From Epiperipatus broadwayi (taxonomy: Eukaryota > Animalia > Onychophora): 64,000 nt of DNA. The stretch covers positions 17,608,001-17,672,000 of the forward strand of contig JAQFVV010000009.1 of the NCBI GenBank assembly GCA_028023455.1. The letters run 5' to 3'. Of the stretch, positions 38,198 through 52,563 are shown one piece after another; positions within the stretch are counted from its first letter, which is position 1; the number at the start of each line of letters is the position of its first letter. The notes below the pieces were generated by a model, which searched no databases, was not told the DNA's origin, and worked only from the letters and a program-made list of their open reading frames with translations. The position numbers and the translations under genes are program-made.

Positions 38198-38673
38198 GCC
38201 TTGGATCTGAGAGCACTGCATCTAGATCTTAGGATCTAATGCAACCATCCAGCAGCTACCTTTTATCTCCACTTAACTACAAAACTATGAGTCTTAAACT
38301 GAAAACACCTTAATGTTTTCAAACCAAGCCCATTAGCTTATATAGTCATATGGGTCTGAATTCAGTTCAGTACCCATACATTTTGGTGTCTTTGGTTCTT
38401 TAATAACCATAGCCACCATTATCCTATTAGGCAGAATTGGTTTTAAGCCAATAAACATAACATGACTACCACTTCTTATGCTTGTGTATAACTTGTTAAA
38501 ACAGGCAAAACTTACTATATGTATTGCCACACACAGCAAGGGGCTTGGATTGAAAACATTAAGGTGTTTTCAGTTTAAGACTCATAGTTTTATAGTTAAG
38601 TGGAGATAAAAGGAGGCTGCTGGAGGTTGCATTAGATCCTAAGATCTAGGTGCAGTGCTCTCAGATCCAAGGC

Positions 38674-38715
38674 TCCTCACTGATCAAGGCCACAAGCCAG
38701 AAACTAGTCTGGGGA
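38674..38715 (+). ncRNA. Hammerhead ribozyme copy (F2), core mutated
   Basis: TCCTCA-CTGATCA-aGGCcacaaGCCa-GAAA-CTAG-TC-TGGGGA. G8 of CUGAUGA is changed to C; stem I is fully paired with one G-U. Confidence 0.65.
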
Positions 38716-41700
38716 TATTGGATGAGTAGGCACTAGATGGGAATTTTATGCACAAGCCTTCTGGCATTCATTGATTACCCTAGCTTGCTGTGTGTGGCAA
38801 CAGGTATAGTGAGTTTTGCCTGTTTTAACAACAGTTATACACAAGCATAAGAAGTAGTGGTCATGTGATGTTTATTTCAAATTTATATAAATTTTTAATA
38901 TTAAAAATTAATAATAAATAGAGAGATATCCGTTATAAATATCTTGCAATGTCTATGCTCCAATGTTATAACTGTCGTTGACAGGTATGCTTGAATGTTT
39001 CATTCTATTTTGATATCAGATGTGAGTGGTTGATCATGCAAATGACTATTTGCCAGCCTAAATTGATTTCAGCTATCAGATAAAGTAAAAAAAGTAATAA
39101 ATATTAAATAAAGGTAAATAATTTGGTGAGACATTGCAAAAATGGAGAAACAGCTGGCAGTAAAAATAATAACTTTATTATAGTTAAACAAATTTAATAT
39201 TTATATATGTGAGTGTAATTTTTAAAAAAAAGATAAGACTAAAATAAATAAGAAATTGCAGGTAGATTTATAAAAGTAAATGTATAAAAACAACAATGAT
39301 AGAAGTCATAAATAAGTGGGCAGATAATGTTAGAGTGGATTATGGTGTGAGAGATCAGGTGAACATACCAATTAAATGAAATAAAAGAAACTAAAAATAT
39401 ATAATAGATTAATTTAAAAAAAGAGTTAGTAAAATGATAGCAATATTCAAAATACATAAGTAAAAAACAATGTAACTATTATTATTAAAAGAAAAATATA
39501 ATATAATTAAAAAGTATAAATGCTTAATAGAACAAGAACGAAAATGGAAGCTGAAGATAAAAAAATTAAAAAATGTTTTCAGTGAGGAACAACAGCAAAA
39601 TATAAAATGATAAGCAAAAAAACAATGACATCATAATAATGATGGCTAGAATGTTCAAAGAGATTAAGAAACAAAATAAGAAAATAGCCAATGAGCTTAA
39701 AAAATCAAAATAATGAGACAAATATAAAGCTTGAAAAAATGGTAAATCAAAGTAATGAAACAAACATAAAATTAGAAAATCAAACTCAAATGCTTGAAAA
39801 ATAAGAATAGCAGATTAAATTAGGATATGAAAAAATAAAAAAAGAAATAGGTGAAAATATATAGCAAGTGGAAAGTCAAATCGAAATAGTATATCAGAAA
39901 ATTGAGAAAAATAAAATAGAACAGGAAGGAAAGATGAGCTGTTACAGAAAGTAGTAATAGATAATGATAGAAAATGAAAGGATACTAGAAAATATTAGAA
40001 TAGAAATTAACAGTGTAGTAGATAAGGTAGACAAAATAGATTTCAATAAAAGTAGGCAAGGTAAAAAACACTTAAAGAAATTGGCAAGATAAGGTAGGAA
40101 AAGGTCAACTAGACATTAATAATTATGAGCAGGAGAGCTTGAATATAAACACACATATATAGAATAGTAACCCTGCAATAGTCAATCAATTTCTAAAGTT
40201 ATGTGAATTTTTTGAATACATAGATGAATGCATTGAGAGCTTGGAGAAACATATTTATAAAAAATTCCAGCAAATTTACAAGGGTCCCTATACCATAGTT
40301 TGTCAATATGACAAGAACACCTTGTAGTGGTCAAAGTCAGTATAGAAAAGGAAACGTACAACACCTGTTCTCTAAATTAATTACACTACAAAAAAAATAA
40401 AGAACAGCCAGATAAAAAATAGTCTATTCACCAGACAGACTGGCAGGTTTGTTCTTATGAATAATGACTTCGGATTGTGTTGATAAAAATATAATTAAAT
40501 TTAGATATTTTTTTTTAATAAATGTAAACAAAAGATTTTTTTAAGTGTCCAAGTAAGAAAAATTTAAAAAAAAAAAGTATAATAGAAGTTGGATAATTCA
40601 ACAGTAACAACTCTCGATAAAACGTAAAAATGAAAACTTTGAAATAATAATTAGTGTCAATCCCAAATTTATGACATCCCAAAATTTATTAGTAACTCAG
40701 CTCATAAGTCTGTCCTTTGGACTCGGTGGAGTGTGACTAAATGAAAAAAAAAATTTAAATAAGACATTTAAAGGTGAAAGATAAAAGAAAGAAATAATAA
40801 TAATGTAGCCACATAAATACTAGGTGTGACTGAAAAATAATAGTAATATCATTTGTTTCAATACATGTTGAGTGCTGGTGAATAATGAAGCAACAGATTG
40901 AGGCATGTGTGTATATAAGTGAAGGTAGAAATTTTAGATTGTATTTTGTGTTTGATTAGGCCTTTTTTTTGAGGAGACATTGATCTGCAAATGGATCTGT
41001 GTGTGAAACCCTGTTATGATGATGATGCACTGGTAGAGAGAAGTCCTGGCTCATTAAGGAATATATCTGGAAGAGAAATCCCCAGCCAAGTGAAAAAAAA
41101 ATCATAAGATGAATGTTCAATAAAAATAGTCTTGACATTTGCAGATAAATATTCCAAGTCTATATTTTGCATCTATATTGCACAAAATTTGACCCATGCT
41201 GTAATCACGACTTCTGCAAAAAATTAAATGTGATTTAATCAACACAGAATTGATCTGCATGTGATATGCAAAGTCTTTAAGTTGGATATCTCTCTTATAA
41301 GATTTACTCATTGTAAATCTCACCCAGCATGATACTTACATATTGGAAATTATGATTTTTTTTTGTTTAAAATAAATATGTAGAATTAAAATCGGTCAAT
41401 GCCTAAGGATGCATTTTACTCTTAAATTGGGAGGGGTGCATTGTAATGGATATGTAAATATATGTGTTATGTAAGATATTTTATGTTAAGAATATTTAGA
41501 AGAAAAAAAAAGTATTATTTTTTTATTAATGAAAAATACTGTCAGTTTAATAAATAGAATGAAGAGAATCTAGAATAAATGAAAAGTTGTTTAACAGGTG
41601 AACAACATGAAAATAAAATTATGTATCCTAATATCAATTTAAAATAAAAGAAAAAATAGAAGAGGGAAAAATATAATTAAAGTATAAAGTAAGAATTTTA

Positions 41701-44379
41701 ATTAGATTTACTATTTGAAAAGATGATTTATCTTATCTTTTAACTGGAAGAAAAAATCCAAAATGTTATGAGATATAATGAAAATAAAAGAAAACTAATT
41801 GTGTAAAGATAACTTAAAGATTACAATTACTTAGTGAAATAATTTAAACTAAAAATATTAATTGTAAAGAGTAAACAAGATAATTGTAATGTAAATAATT
41901 GTACAGAATTATTGTTTAAAATTATTTAATTAGAGAAAAATAAGTTCTAATCAAAGATTAAAATAATTTTGTAAATTGTCTAATCAAGAAGGGATTATGA
42001 AAAATAAAAATAATTTTGTAAATTGTCTAACAAGAAGGGATTATGTTTTACTAGAAAACAGTAATCTATCCAACTGATTAGATAATCAATACTATAATAA
42101 ATGTTGTAATTAAATAAATAGATATTAGAAGAGATTAACTAATTGAAAATAATTGAAAAACTAATTATTGACATGGGTAACTTCAGACAAAGGTTTTGTC
42201 AAGTGTATAAAGACTACTAAATTTCCATTAAAATTATTCTACTGTTATTCTCCTGGTATTTTTGATTTGGATCCTGTTAATTGGATTCAGCTGTTGCCAG
42301 TTATATTAATTTTGCTGACTTATCACCTGCTGAATTTTGTAGACTCTTTTATTGAGAACTAGTTTATACTTCAGTGATGTATAGCTATTTATGCAGAAGC
42401 ATTAACATTATCATGTAATAAACTCTCAATGGGATGTTTATTTGATTTTTATCATCTAGTTCCTATGCATATGATAGCCTGAAATGGGGAAAATATCCTT
42501 GATCTGTCATTGCATCAATATCGAAGACAACTACTGAACAAGGCCATGCAGATATATGCTACCCCAGAAAGAAGTAACAAGCCATTAAAAGAAACTGAGA
42601 AACTTATTTAAGAATGTCAATTGTGAATTATATAAACTTTCAGAAAGACAGGAGTGATCATTCCAGAAAATGATCACAAAACCTAGGTCAATATAAAAAA
42701 ATAATTTAAAGTCTAGTTGTAAAATGATATCTAGGGATAAGATTTCATTCTCTTAAACTTTCATAAAAATAAAAATAAATTTTTACTACCTATTTAAAGT
42801 AGACTTAACTATACTGAATACCTGTAATAATTTATTTTTTATTCTTATTATTATAGTAATATTTTTTTTGTAAATAAATATGTTGTTTTAATAAGTTAAT
42901 TTGGCCTAAATTCTTTCTCTCTCAGTAGCTCACCATATGACATTAAACTATGGTAAAATTTGTCAATTGTATTGTTTGTGTTAAATATGTATTATCTGAT
43001 AGCCTAAGTTAAAGTAAGTTTTTTCTACATTTGAGCTAACTATGAAATCAAGTGCTTGAAATGTTTAAAATCTTCTTTTGTAGATATGCCAGTTAATTCT
43101 GGATGGCACCCTCAGTATAAATAAATGTTTTCACAGGAGGGGTATTTTGAATCTAGCAGTTATGGAGCAAGTACAATGTTTATTAAGTGGTTGTGTATTT
43201 ATAAACAATTTCAGTCTGACCATTAGTATGGGTAATGACTGTATTAACTCCTCTGCTTGTGTAATGATATTTCAAATTTGTATAAATTATTATTATAATA
43301 TAATGAAAAGAGAAAAGTAAGAATTGTTTTTACTTTTTGTGATGAGAGATATGGTGCAAGGTCATCCAGACTTCAGAAGCAGAGATGAAGCAAGCGATGT
43401 CAGCCATCCTAACCAGGAAATTGGCCCCTGTAGATAATAAACCTTATAGGATTTTACAGGTCATGCTGACTTATGTTTTTCATAAGCTAAAATTAGTTGA
43501 GTTTATGAAATCCATTAGAATAAATGTTAATAAAATAAAATATCAGACGATGGAATAAATATTGCAATGGAACTAATTATAATTGTGATAATATATGTTT
43601 TTTTATAAAATATGTTGCCACTATTATGAGTCATTATTTTCATTACAATATTCATTCCATAAAATGAGCATTTTATTTACATTTATTATAATTTGACTTC
43701 TAAGAAATGTTGGATAATTACAAGAATGGCAGAAGCAATGTAAATATAATTTTTATATAAAATATATTATCACCATTATAATTTATTCTTATTAATATAA
43801 GATTATATATAATTAGTAGTCTTATGAAAGTTATATGCAAAGAGTTCTATTATATCAGATTTTGCAATTGTTTGCAATATATCCTCTCTCTACAGCATAC
43901 TTCCATTATCCTTGATGCAGAATTAAACATTTTAATTTGCCATACATATTTGCCTGGGTCTATAATGACAAAAACAAATCCATAAAAAAGAACTAATGTA
44001 ATATTTGTTGTTCCATTTTTTAAACTGTATGAACGAATTAATAATTAGAGGTAATCTGAAATATTAATGATTTAAAATATTCCATATTCTTTAAAATATA
44101 GTCATTCATAGTTGAGGGAAAATAATAAGGAAAAAATCTCTGAAGCCTTGCGAATGATTGATGAAACTTGTCAAATGATTTGCTATTTTAAAATGTTGAT
44201 ATTACTCTGAAAAACTGATCTAATGATTTTTTTAAAATTGATAAATAAATATTTTCAATACAATTTTCTGACAAGTGATCAGTCAATCTAATTAACTTTA
44301 AAATTAAGATTCAGATTGATCAAAAAAAAAAAAAAAATCATGGAAAACTAATAGTGCCCTTGCTCCATCTCTCATAAGA

Positions 44380-45235
44380 TCTATTTATAGCTGCCATTTA
44401 AATTATACTTGCTATTGCGCCATTGCATTTTGTAAATTTGTTTTCTACTTACGATTTGTATTCATTGTTGTTTAAAGTAAGTTAAGTTATTCTATTGAAA
44501 TTAATTCTTGCTAGTACACCATTGGATTCTACAGATTTGCTTTCTATTTACCATTTATATTAGTTGTTATTTAAACCAAGTTAAATGCTTTTTAAATTCT
44601 TGCCGTTGAACCACTGCATTCTATAGATTTGTCTTCTACTTACCATTTATATTCATTGCCATTTAAACTAAATTAAATTACTCTGTGCTATTTTAATTAA
44701 TTTTTGCTGGAGAACCATTGCATTCTCTAGATTTGTTTTCCATTTATTATTTATACTTGTTGCCATTACACTTTGCTGTTTAAATTTTTGCTATTGAGTC
44801 ATTGCATTTTGTAGATTTGTTTTTTATTTACCATTTATGTTTATTGCCATTTAAACCAAGGTAAATTATTCTATGCTGTTCAAATTCTGACTATTGGGCC
44901 AGTGAACCATTGCATTTTGTAGATTTGTTTCCAACTTAGCATTTATATAGTGAACCATTGCATTCTGTAGGTTTATTTTTTACTTATTTATATGCATTGC
45001 CATTTAAATTAAATTACTCTTTGCCAAGCCATTGCTTCCAGGGATTTGTTATTCTAACTGTGATTTTACATTCACTGTTAATTAATTAAGTTACTTCTTG
45101 CCTAAGTCATTTCATTCTGAGGATTTGTTATTCTACTTATAATTTATATTCCCTGACATTTAAATTAAATTACACTTTTTTGAGATCTTGCATCCAGTGG
45201 ATTTTCCATTCTATTTGTGATTTATATTCGTTCAT
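44380..45235. repeat. Tandem array of about ten ~90-105-bp units upstream of the hAT transposase
   Basis: The motif CCATTGCATT(T/C)TGTAGATTTGTT...TACTTACCATTTATATT...TTGCCATTTAAA recurs at ~44420, 44519, 44611, 44717, 44800, 44907, 44955, 45028, 45106 and 45188. Confidence 0.85.
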
Positions 45236-45271
45236 CTATATCTAGTCAATCGAGCACACAATATAGACAGA

Positions 45272-47486
45272 ATGTCAAAGAAGTTATCTGGAGCTCAAAA
45301 CAGAAAAAGATGATTACAATGAGAAGAAACTGAACACAAATTGGCAGGATCATTAAACAAATTTTTAACATCAATATTTATAGGAATGAAAGATAGATAG
45401 TTTTGAAGAAGCAAGTGCCTCTGCAAACACTTGCTATTTTTATTACTTTAGTAGAAAACAGTGAAGAATAGATGTTGCTACAAGATTCTGAGAGGAAAAA
45501 ACCTGAAAATTCTCATTTTATATTAAATTTTAATGCTAATGATCAAGGGATCTTGACCAAAAACCATAAACACAAAAATTAGAGATTGTTTAGTTGAAAA
45601 TTCTATTAATCTGATAGATAATAAGGATTTTCCTGAAGATGTGTTTGATCGCAAGTTTTCAGAATCATATTATCATTATTTATTAAATGAAGAGAGTTTC
45701 TAGAAGTTATTTATTCTGGATCATAAATTCAGTTTTTTGATATTATTGCAAATTATTTGGAGATTGTATTACACAACTTACTAATGAGTTTGGTTGTAAT
45801 AACTGACAACACATGAGTTTTTAATTAAAAAAAAAACATTAAACAAATTAATAAAAAACTGATTAAAAATATAGCTAATTTAAAATATCATTAACTAAAA
45901 AATGTACAATCGATTCATCTCAACAAAGACTATAATGAAACTGAGAAAAAATATTGACAATCTGTTATAAAACGATTAATATATATGTAATACATTATTT
46001 ATTAAGACAATGTTTAGCTTTTAGAGGTTCTTCTAAAAATCTTTTTGAGTATGATAATGGTAACTTTTTAAAATTACTAGAAACTATCGCTAAATTCAAT
46101 TCAGTAATGGCAGAACATTTACATTGTGTCCAAACATCACAAAAAAAAAATTGTTGTTCATTATTTAGGTGATCAAATTCAAAATGATATTATTTTTTTA
46201 AGCTAAAAAACAAAAAAAAATGTGAAAATAGTTTAAAGAATCAAAATATGATTTTTTTAAATTTTTGATATTATACTGGACTTAAGCCGTAGCAAACAGT
46301 TAACCATTGTTATTAAATTTGTTCTTCATAATAATGATACAAATACTGCAGAAATTCATGAACATTTTTTGGACTTTCAATGTGTAATTGTTATTACTGG
46401 TAAAAAATTATTTGAGTATATTATAAATTTTTCAAGATTAACAAATATTAATATTTTAGATTTTCATGGGCAAGCATATGATAATGATGTGACAATATGC
46501 AGAGCAAAGGTAAAGTATTCCAGTAGAAAATTGAAATGAATTCAAGAGCTTTATTCATTAAATTTGTTATTTGATGATTTTTTTTTTAGGAATACATAAA
46601 TTATATAATTATTTTTCATTATCTGTAAAACGGTGGGCTATACTAAAAATATATATTATAAATTTAAATTTGAAACAGCTTTCTGCTATTAGAGGGGAAA
46701 GAGAAGTGAAGCAATAGACCTGCTTAAAAATATTAAAAAAATATTTCTGGCTCTTCCAAAAATTGCAAAAAATGATACCAAAGATATAGATTTTAGAGTT
46801 TAGACTGCTAATTTAATTTCAAAAATTTGTTCATTTAAATTTGTGTGTTTTATTCATATTTGGCATGCTATGTTAAATCTAATAAATGTTGTAAGTAAAA
46901 TGATGCAGAATCCAAAATTTAATATACAAACAGTTAGTAAAAATCTTAAATTTATTACAAATGATTTGAAGAATCTCTGGAGCAATCAAAATTTTGAAAT
47001 ATTATTGCTTTTACAACAGATGTAGCAAAGCAACTCGATTTTGATCCTGTTTTTTCAGAAATATGAAAAAGAAAAAAAAAATGTTTGAATACAAAGCTTC
47101 ATGTGAATCAATAACTGATGCTAAACATCATTTTAAAATAAACTTGTTTTTCACAATTTTAGATTCCACTATATCATCGATTACTGAGAGATTTATACTA
47201 TTAAAGTAACACAATGAAGACTTCAAACTTATTTATGGTATTAACAAATTAAAAGAATGGAGTCATAAAGATTTATTAAAATATTGCAAAGATATAGATG
47301 TAAAATTATGTGACAATTTAAATTTTGCTAATCGGCACATGAAAGCATGGCTCTATTTGAGGAACTGAAAACCTTATGATGTTATATAAAAACTGTTATG
47401 TCTCCTCATACTGTTTTAAATTATTTATATCAAAATAAATTAAATGAGACTTTTCCAAATGTAGCTGTTGTACTGCATATAATCCA
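45272..47486 (+). pseudogene. hAT transposase remnant (ZMYM1/DUF4371 type), 5' part
   Basis: Starts MSKKLSGAQNRKR at 45272. RQCLAFRGSSKNLFEYDNGNFLKLLETIAKFNSVMAEHL (ORF 45954-46172). ORF 46843-47025. Dimerisation-domain start NETFPNVAVVLHI just before element D. Confidence 0.9.
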
Positions 47487-50400
47487 TGCTATGTCTGGAT
47501 AATCTAAGAGTGTACTTCTCATGATTACAAATCAATACTACCAGTTAATATTTAGATAATTCTTTCTTCATGATCCTTAATACCATTTAATTATTTACAT
47601 ATATACAATCATTAACATAAGAAGGCCCAAAGGCATACACAAATAATAATTTAGATAAATACAACCTGTAAGAGTCCTTGTTGACTGCTGTCATATTCAG
47701 AAGTCATATCTCCACACTTAAAGTCACTATGCAATGGGAGATGATCTGGTGCAACAAATATGTCCATATGCACTGACTGATGAAACTCCAAGAATCAAGT
47801 GTCCTGTTGTTCATTCCATTAGTACTGAGGTATTCATTGTTTTAAATCCCTGCAATTGATTGGCTACTACTCACTGTCCATCCATTCAGGTGATTCTTCA
47901 TTTTAATCTCCATACAAGAATTTACATCTGCATTTTTCTTTAATTAATGAGTTACTTTTATAGCTTCACAAATGTTTTCTTATAAAGGAAGTCTAACTCA
48001 AATTCCTTTGTTTTATTTCATTAATGATGTTATCTATTCTATTTAATTAGACTATTATTCATTTTAGAAAATAATCTTTTTCTAATCTTAAAGTTATAAA
48101 TCTTTTACTTACTAATTTTAAAAGAATCAGTCTTTTAAAATTCTTTAATTTATTTAACTTATAACTTTTTCTCTCTATAAGTTTATACACATATGTATGT
48201 ACATTTCAGTTTTTAATCTCTGAACTCAATACATAGTCATTAAGATACATGATCTTTTTATTTTTCTGTTAGCATGCTGTTGTTGTTTATGTTCTGCCTC
48301 ACTTGATGTGTTTCCTTTTATTAACTGGTTGTCAGTGTCCATTGAGTTGAATAAGTCAGGTATTATTTTCTTGCTCTTGTCTTTACACAGCTGTTTTACA
48401 TGCTTGTGAAGTACTTCTCCATTTTTCATTCGAACTGTAGCTATTTGTTTTGATAAATGATGAATTCACCTGTGACCAAAACTTGTTCATATTATTTTCT
48501 CCCCACACTTTTCCTGTGGTTTAAATTTATTAAATTTATATGTATGGCTTGATGTTTATTTTGATCCACAATTGGCACACTATTTGATAATTTTGTGCAT
48601 AACTTTCTACCTAAATACATTTCAGCAGGTGATTTCCCAGGTTTGGCATTAGGGATCATGTGTTGATGGAGTTCAGTCAGCACTGCTTCATGTATTTTAA
48701 TTTTCCCCAATTTGTTGATGGAAGATTTTAGAGTTTGTATGGATTTATCAGCTAATCCATTGGATTGAGGATGGTAAGGGTGAGTGAGTGTTTAATCCCC
48801 CACTCTTGCATCACTTCTTCAAACTTGGCTGAAGTAAAGACAGTTCCATTATCAGAATCAAACATTTCCAGAAAGCTGTGATGAGCAAAACTTTCATATA
48901 ATTTGCTGTCATGTCTGTACTGGTGTATTGAGTCCATGCTGAAAATACATCAACCACAACTAAAAACAGATAATTCCTCAAATTGGCTGCAGTGGTCAAT
49001 ATGTACCCATTGACATGGCCTTTCAACTTTAGGCCACAGTTCAAACTTAACCAGAGACACATTAGCACACGTTTGACAGTTTTTGCATTTAAAAAAAATA
49101 CATTTCAACCAGGCATAACCTTGAGCTAATGCTTTTGCCCTAATGATGTCTGGATGGCCTTTCTGCAACAGCTTTAGAATTTGATTCTTATCCTTTAGTG
49201 GGATTAGTACCCAATCACTCCTCAAAATGGATCCCTTGCATACAGATAACTCTTCACAGGCATTCCATAATTCTTTTCTGAAAAAAACTAGGTCGTTTTT
49301 TCAGCCATCCTTCATTGATCTATTTTACCATCCATTGGCAGCCATTGTCTTTGGATGTCCATGCAGCCACTATTGCACTGTTGAGGGTTTGACTCTTCAA
49401 GACTTCAATATAATTTCTATTTCTTTTTTATATCTTTCAGTCTGATCAGGCATACATTGTAGAGCATCAGCATGCCTATTTGTTTTCCTTTTTTATATAC
49501 TAATGTATAATCATACACCAAAATGTTTAGCCAATGCAACATGTGAGGACTTAGATGTTCAGAAATTTATTTAATTCCTAATAGTCCCAATAGGGGTTTA
49601 TGATTGATTACTATCGTAAATCTGCGCTTATAGATATTGATGGAACTTTTTGACACCAAATAAAATCTCAAGGAGCTTCTTGTCCAACTGACTATAATTT
49701 TTCTTTACTTTGCATAATTTACATGATGTTAAGCAATAGGTCATTTGCCTTCATGAGCAGTGTGACACAATACTGCTCCGACATCAAATTCTGATGCATT
49801 CATGGTCAGAGTTACTTTCAATTCGCTGTTGCAGCAATTTTGTGCATAGAAATGTTTTTTCTTTTTACCATTTCCATTTCTGATTCTTTTTGAGATCATA
49901 TAATAGTCATGGCCATGTGGACTTTTTTTTGTAAGAAATTTTTAAAGTAATTAATCAGGCCTAAGTTTTTCACATTGTTAGGCCTCTGCATTTTAGCAAC
50001 TGCTTTAGCTTTTTCAGGACAGGAGACATGCCATTTTTAGATATAATGTGACCTAAGAACTTGATTTTTTTTACTTTCCATATGCATTTTTGGGTATTAA
50101 GTTTAGCACTGAATTCATGGTTTTTTGCAGACTTTCTGTAGACATATTTTAAGTTGTTTTCAGTCATAGATGTAATCAGAATGTCATCAAAATATGAAAT
50201 AATGCCCTCTAATCCATTAAGGAGGGTTTCAATTTTTGATTGAAAGATACTAGGGGCCAATGTTATTCCAAATGGGTGCCTCATACATTTATATAACCCT
50301 ACATGGGTGATTAGTGTTAATATTTCAGTTGTCTGTTCACTAATTAGTATCTGATGGAAAGCAGCATTAAGATCTAAAATTTAGCAAAAAAAAAAAAGGA

Positions 50401-52563
50401 TCTCTGGAGTGACACTATTATTTCCCTGGCATTAATCACCACACAAATGAATTTACTGACACTATTATTTCCCTGGCATTAATCACCACACAAATGAATT
50501 TACTTATTGTGTTTAGTAATAATTACCAATGGTGTAGCCCAATCAGAATTTTTGGTAAGTTGTAACACCCCTTTCTTAACTAAGTCATCGATTTCATTTT
50601 CAACTTTCTCTTTTTGTGTGAATGGCATTTTCCATAGTTTGCATATTATAGGTAGCACACCAGTGCTTAACTCTAATGATATAGGGGTCATTTTAATAAC
50701 ACCAGTCTCCCTATTAAGTAAGTTAGGAAATTTGATTTTTTGCATTTCGTTTTCCATTTTGACCTTTTTCACAAATGTGAGTTTAATATCCAATTTTCTA
50801 AACCATTGATGCCTGACTAGGGGATTTGTTGGAGCATAAACTATGTATAACCAATCACTTTTCCCTCCATTCTACTTACAGGGGTCTGAATAACACCTTT
50901 ACTTTTGACCACATTGCCATTTACATATGTTTTAAGGTCAGCTTTTTCTAGTTTATGAATTTTATTACTCATAGCCCAGTCATGTACTGATATTAATGAT
51001 ACACTGCTACCACTTTCTACCTCCTTAGATATGGGCTGGTTACACAGCTTTAGTTTTAACATAAATTTGTCATCACAAGAGGACATTTTTTTACATTTGT
51101 ATACTGACTTTTCTGGTCCTGATGTGCACATTTTTCTTAACACATTTTTTCCATGTGCTCTCTTTTTTTTAGAATTATTGCAGTGTTCTCTTTTATAAAA
51201 ACAATTGCTGGTTTTGTGGCCCTTTTTCCCACAGCAAAAACTTATAAACATGGTTTTTCTGTTAGCAGTATTTTCATTACTTTTCAAATACTCTTTCTTT
51301 ATGATTTTACAAACATCTGTATGTGATTTGCTATTCTTGAATTTGGAAAATTTTTGAGATTGCTCGAGTATTATCTCATGTTTTATAGCTTCTATATAAT
51401 CTAAATCATTAATGACCAATAATTGTTACTGTAAATTGTCATTACACATACCGGTAAGCAATTGTTGTAGCAGGGCTTCGGGTTCATCTAAGAAAGATCC
51501 ATAGATGCAATTTTTTGCTAGATTACAAAGAGCACTGTCATAATCTTTTATATGTTTATTCCAACCTTGGTTCCGAGCTTGGAATTGCAGTTTAGTGACA
51601 TGCCTCAAGGGTTGGGAGTTAAGATGGTTTGATAAATGCTCTTTAAACTGATCTTATGAACAATCTTCAGGAGTTAGAGGTTCAGTGAGCCTGTTGGCTC
51701 TTTCAATAACTTCTTTCTTATCAAAGCATAATAATGAAGTAATCTTATACTTATCTTTAACTTATTGAGCATTTTCCTACATATTGAATGTCCAGGGGCC
51801 AACTATTTACCTTGTTGACATCAAATTCACCGATTGCTACTTGCATTGCCTAGCTTATCTAAATTTAACTATTATTTTAATTAATCATCTAAATTAAGAT
51901 TGTGGCTGTGCCAATTTGCTATGTCTAGCTAATATAAGTGTACTTCCCATGAGTACAAATTAATACTAAGAGTTAATATTTAGATAATTATTTCCTTATG
52001 ATCCATAATAGCATTTAACTATTTATATATATATATAATCATTAACACAAGAAGACACGAAGACATACACAAATAATAATTTAAATAATTGCGACCTGTA
52101 AGAGTCCTAGCTAACTATTTTCATGTTCAGAGGTAATCTCTCCTAACTTGAAGTCACAGTGCAATGAGAGATGATCTGCTCCAACATATATGTCTGTGTG
52201 CATTACTGAAACTCCAAGAATAAGGGTCCTCTTGTTCATCCCATTAGTACTTAGGCATTCGTTGTTTTAAATCCCTGTAATTGATTGGCCAATACTCTAT
52301 CCATCCATTCAGGTGATTCTTCATCCTTCAGGTGATTCTTCATTTTAATCTTCATACAAGAATTTACATCTTTATCTTTCTTTAATTAATGAGTTATTTT
52401 TATAGCTTGTCAAATGCTTTCTTATAAAGGAAATCTAACTTGAATTGCTTTAATTAAAGGAAATCTAACTTGAATTCCTTTAATTGTTTTGTTTCATTAA
52501 CAATGTATTCTATTCTATTTAATTAGACTATTATTCATTTTAGAAAATAATCTTTTTCTAAGT

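Larger units (their letters stand above)
38046..38872. mobile_element. Hammerhead-bearing element, family F2 (partial tandem plus inverted copy, PLE/retrozyme architecture)
   Basis: 13-bp TSD TATTTCAAATTTA at 38033-38045 and 38873-38885; the empty site is in the 3' LTR (~43268-43280). Inverted arms ~38046-38331 and ~38541-38826. AAAACAGGCAAAACT recurs in direct orientation at ~38045 and ~38498 (~450-bp monomer). Two hammerheads. Confidence 0.85.
33301..43290 (+). mobile_element. Long-LTR retrotransposon C, non-autonomous (pol almost entirely deleted)
   Basis: Sequence from 33301 (TGTAAC) aligns, apart from three insertions, with 41442-~43290 (TGTAAT). PPT GGGAGGGG at 41429-41436. Interior has a K/E/N-rich coiled-coil gag-like remnant (~39530-40100) and the integrase GPY/F motif KFQQIYKGPYTIV (40262-40300). 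The 3' ends of the LTRs are not resolved. Confidence 0.75.

Noticed and set aside
40940-41030. Short (TGA)n-tailed LINE 3' end; similar at 36430-36652
   Set aside because: Only the tail is suggestive; there is no ORF or TSD evidence.
43348-43370. Left TIR and TSD of the large hAT (GATATGGT-G-CAAGGTCATCC versus right end CAGGCCTGCC / ACTATGGT)
   Set aside because: It needs an indel and several mismatches. The exact ACTATGGT at ~42947 lies inside LTR C with no TIR, so it is coincidental.
44380-45235. CRISPR-like array
   Set aside because: Whole units are homologous, with no unique spacers, no cas genes and a eukaryotic context; this is a tandem repeat.
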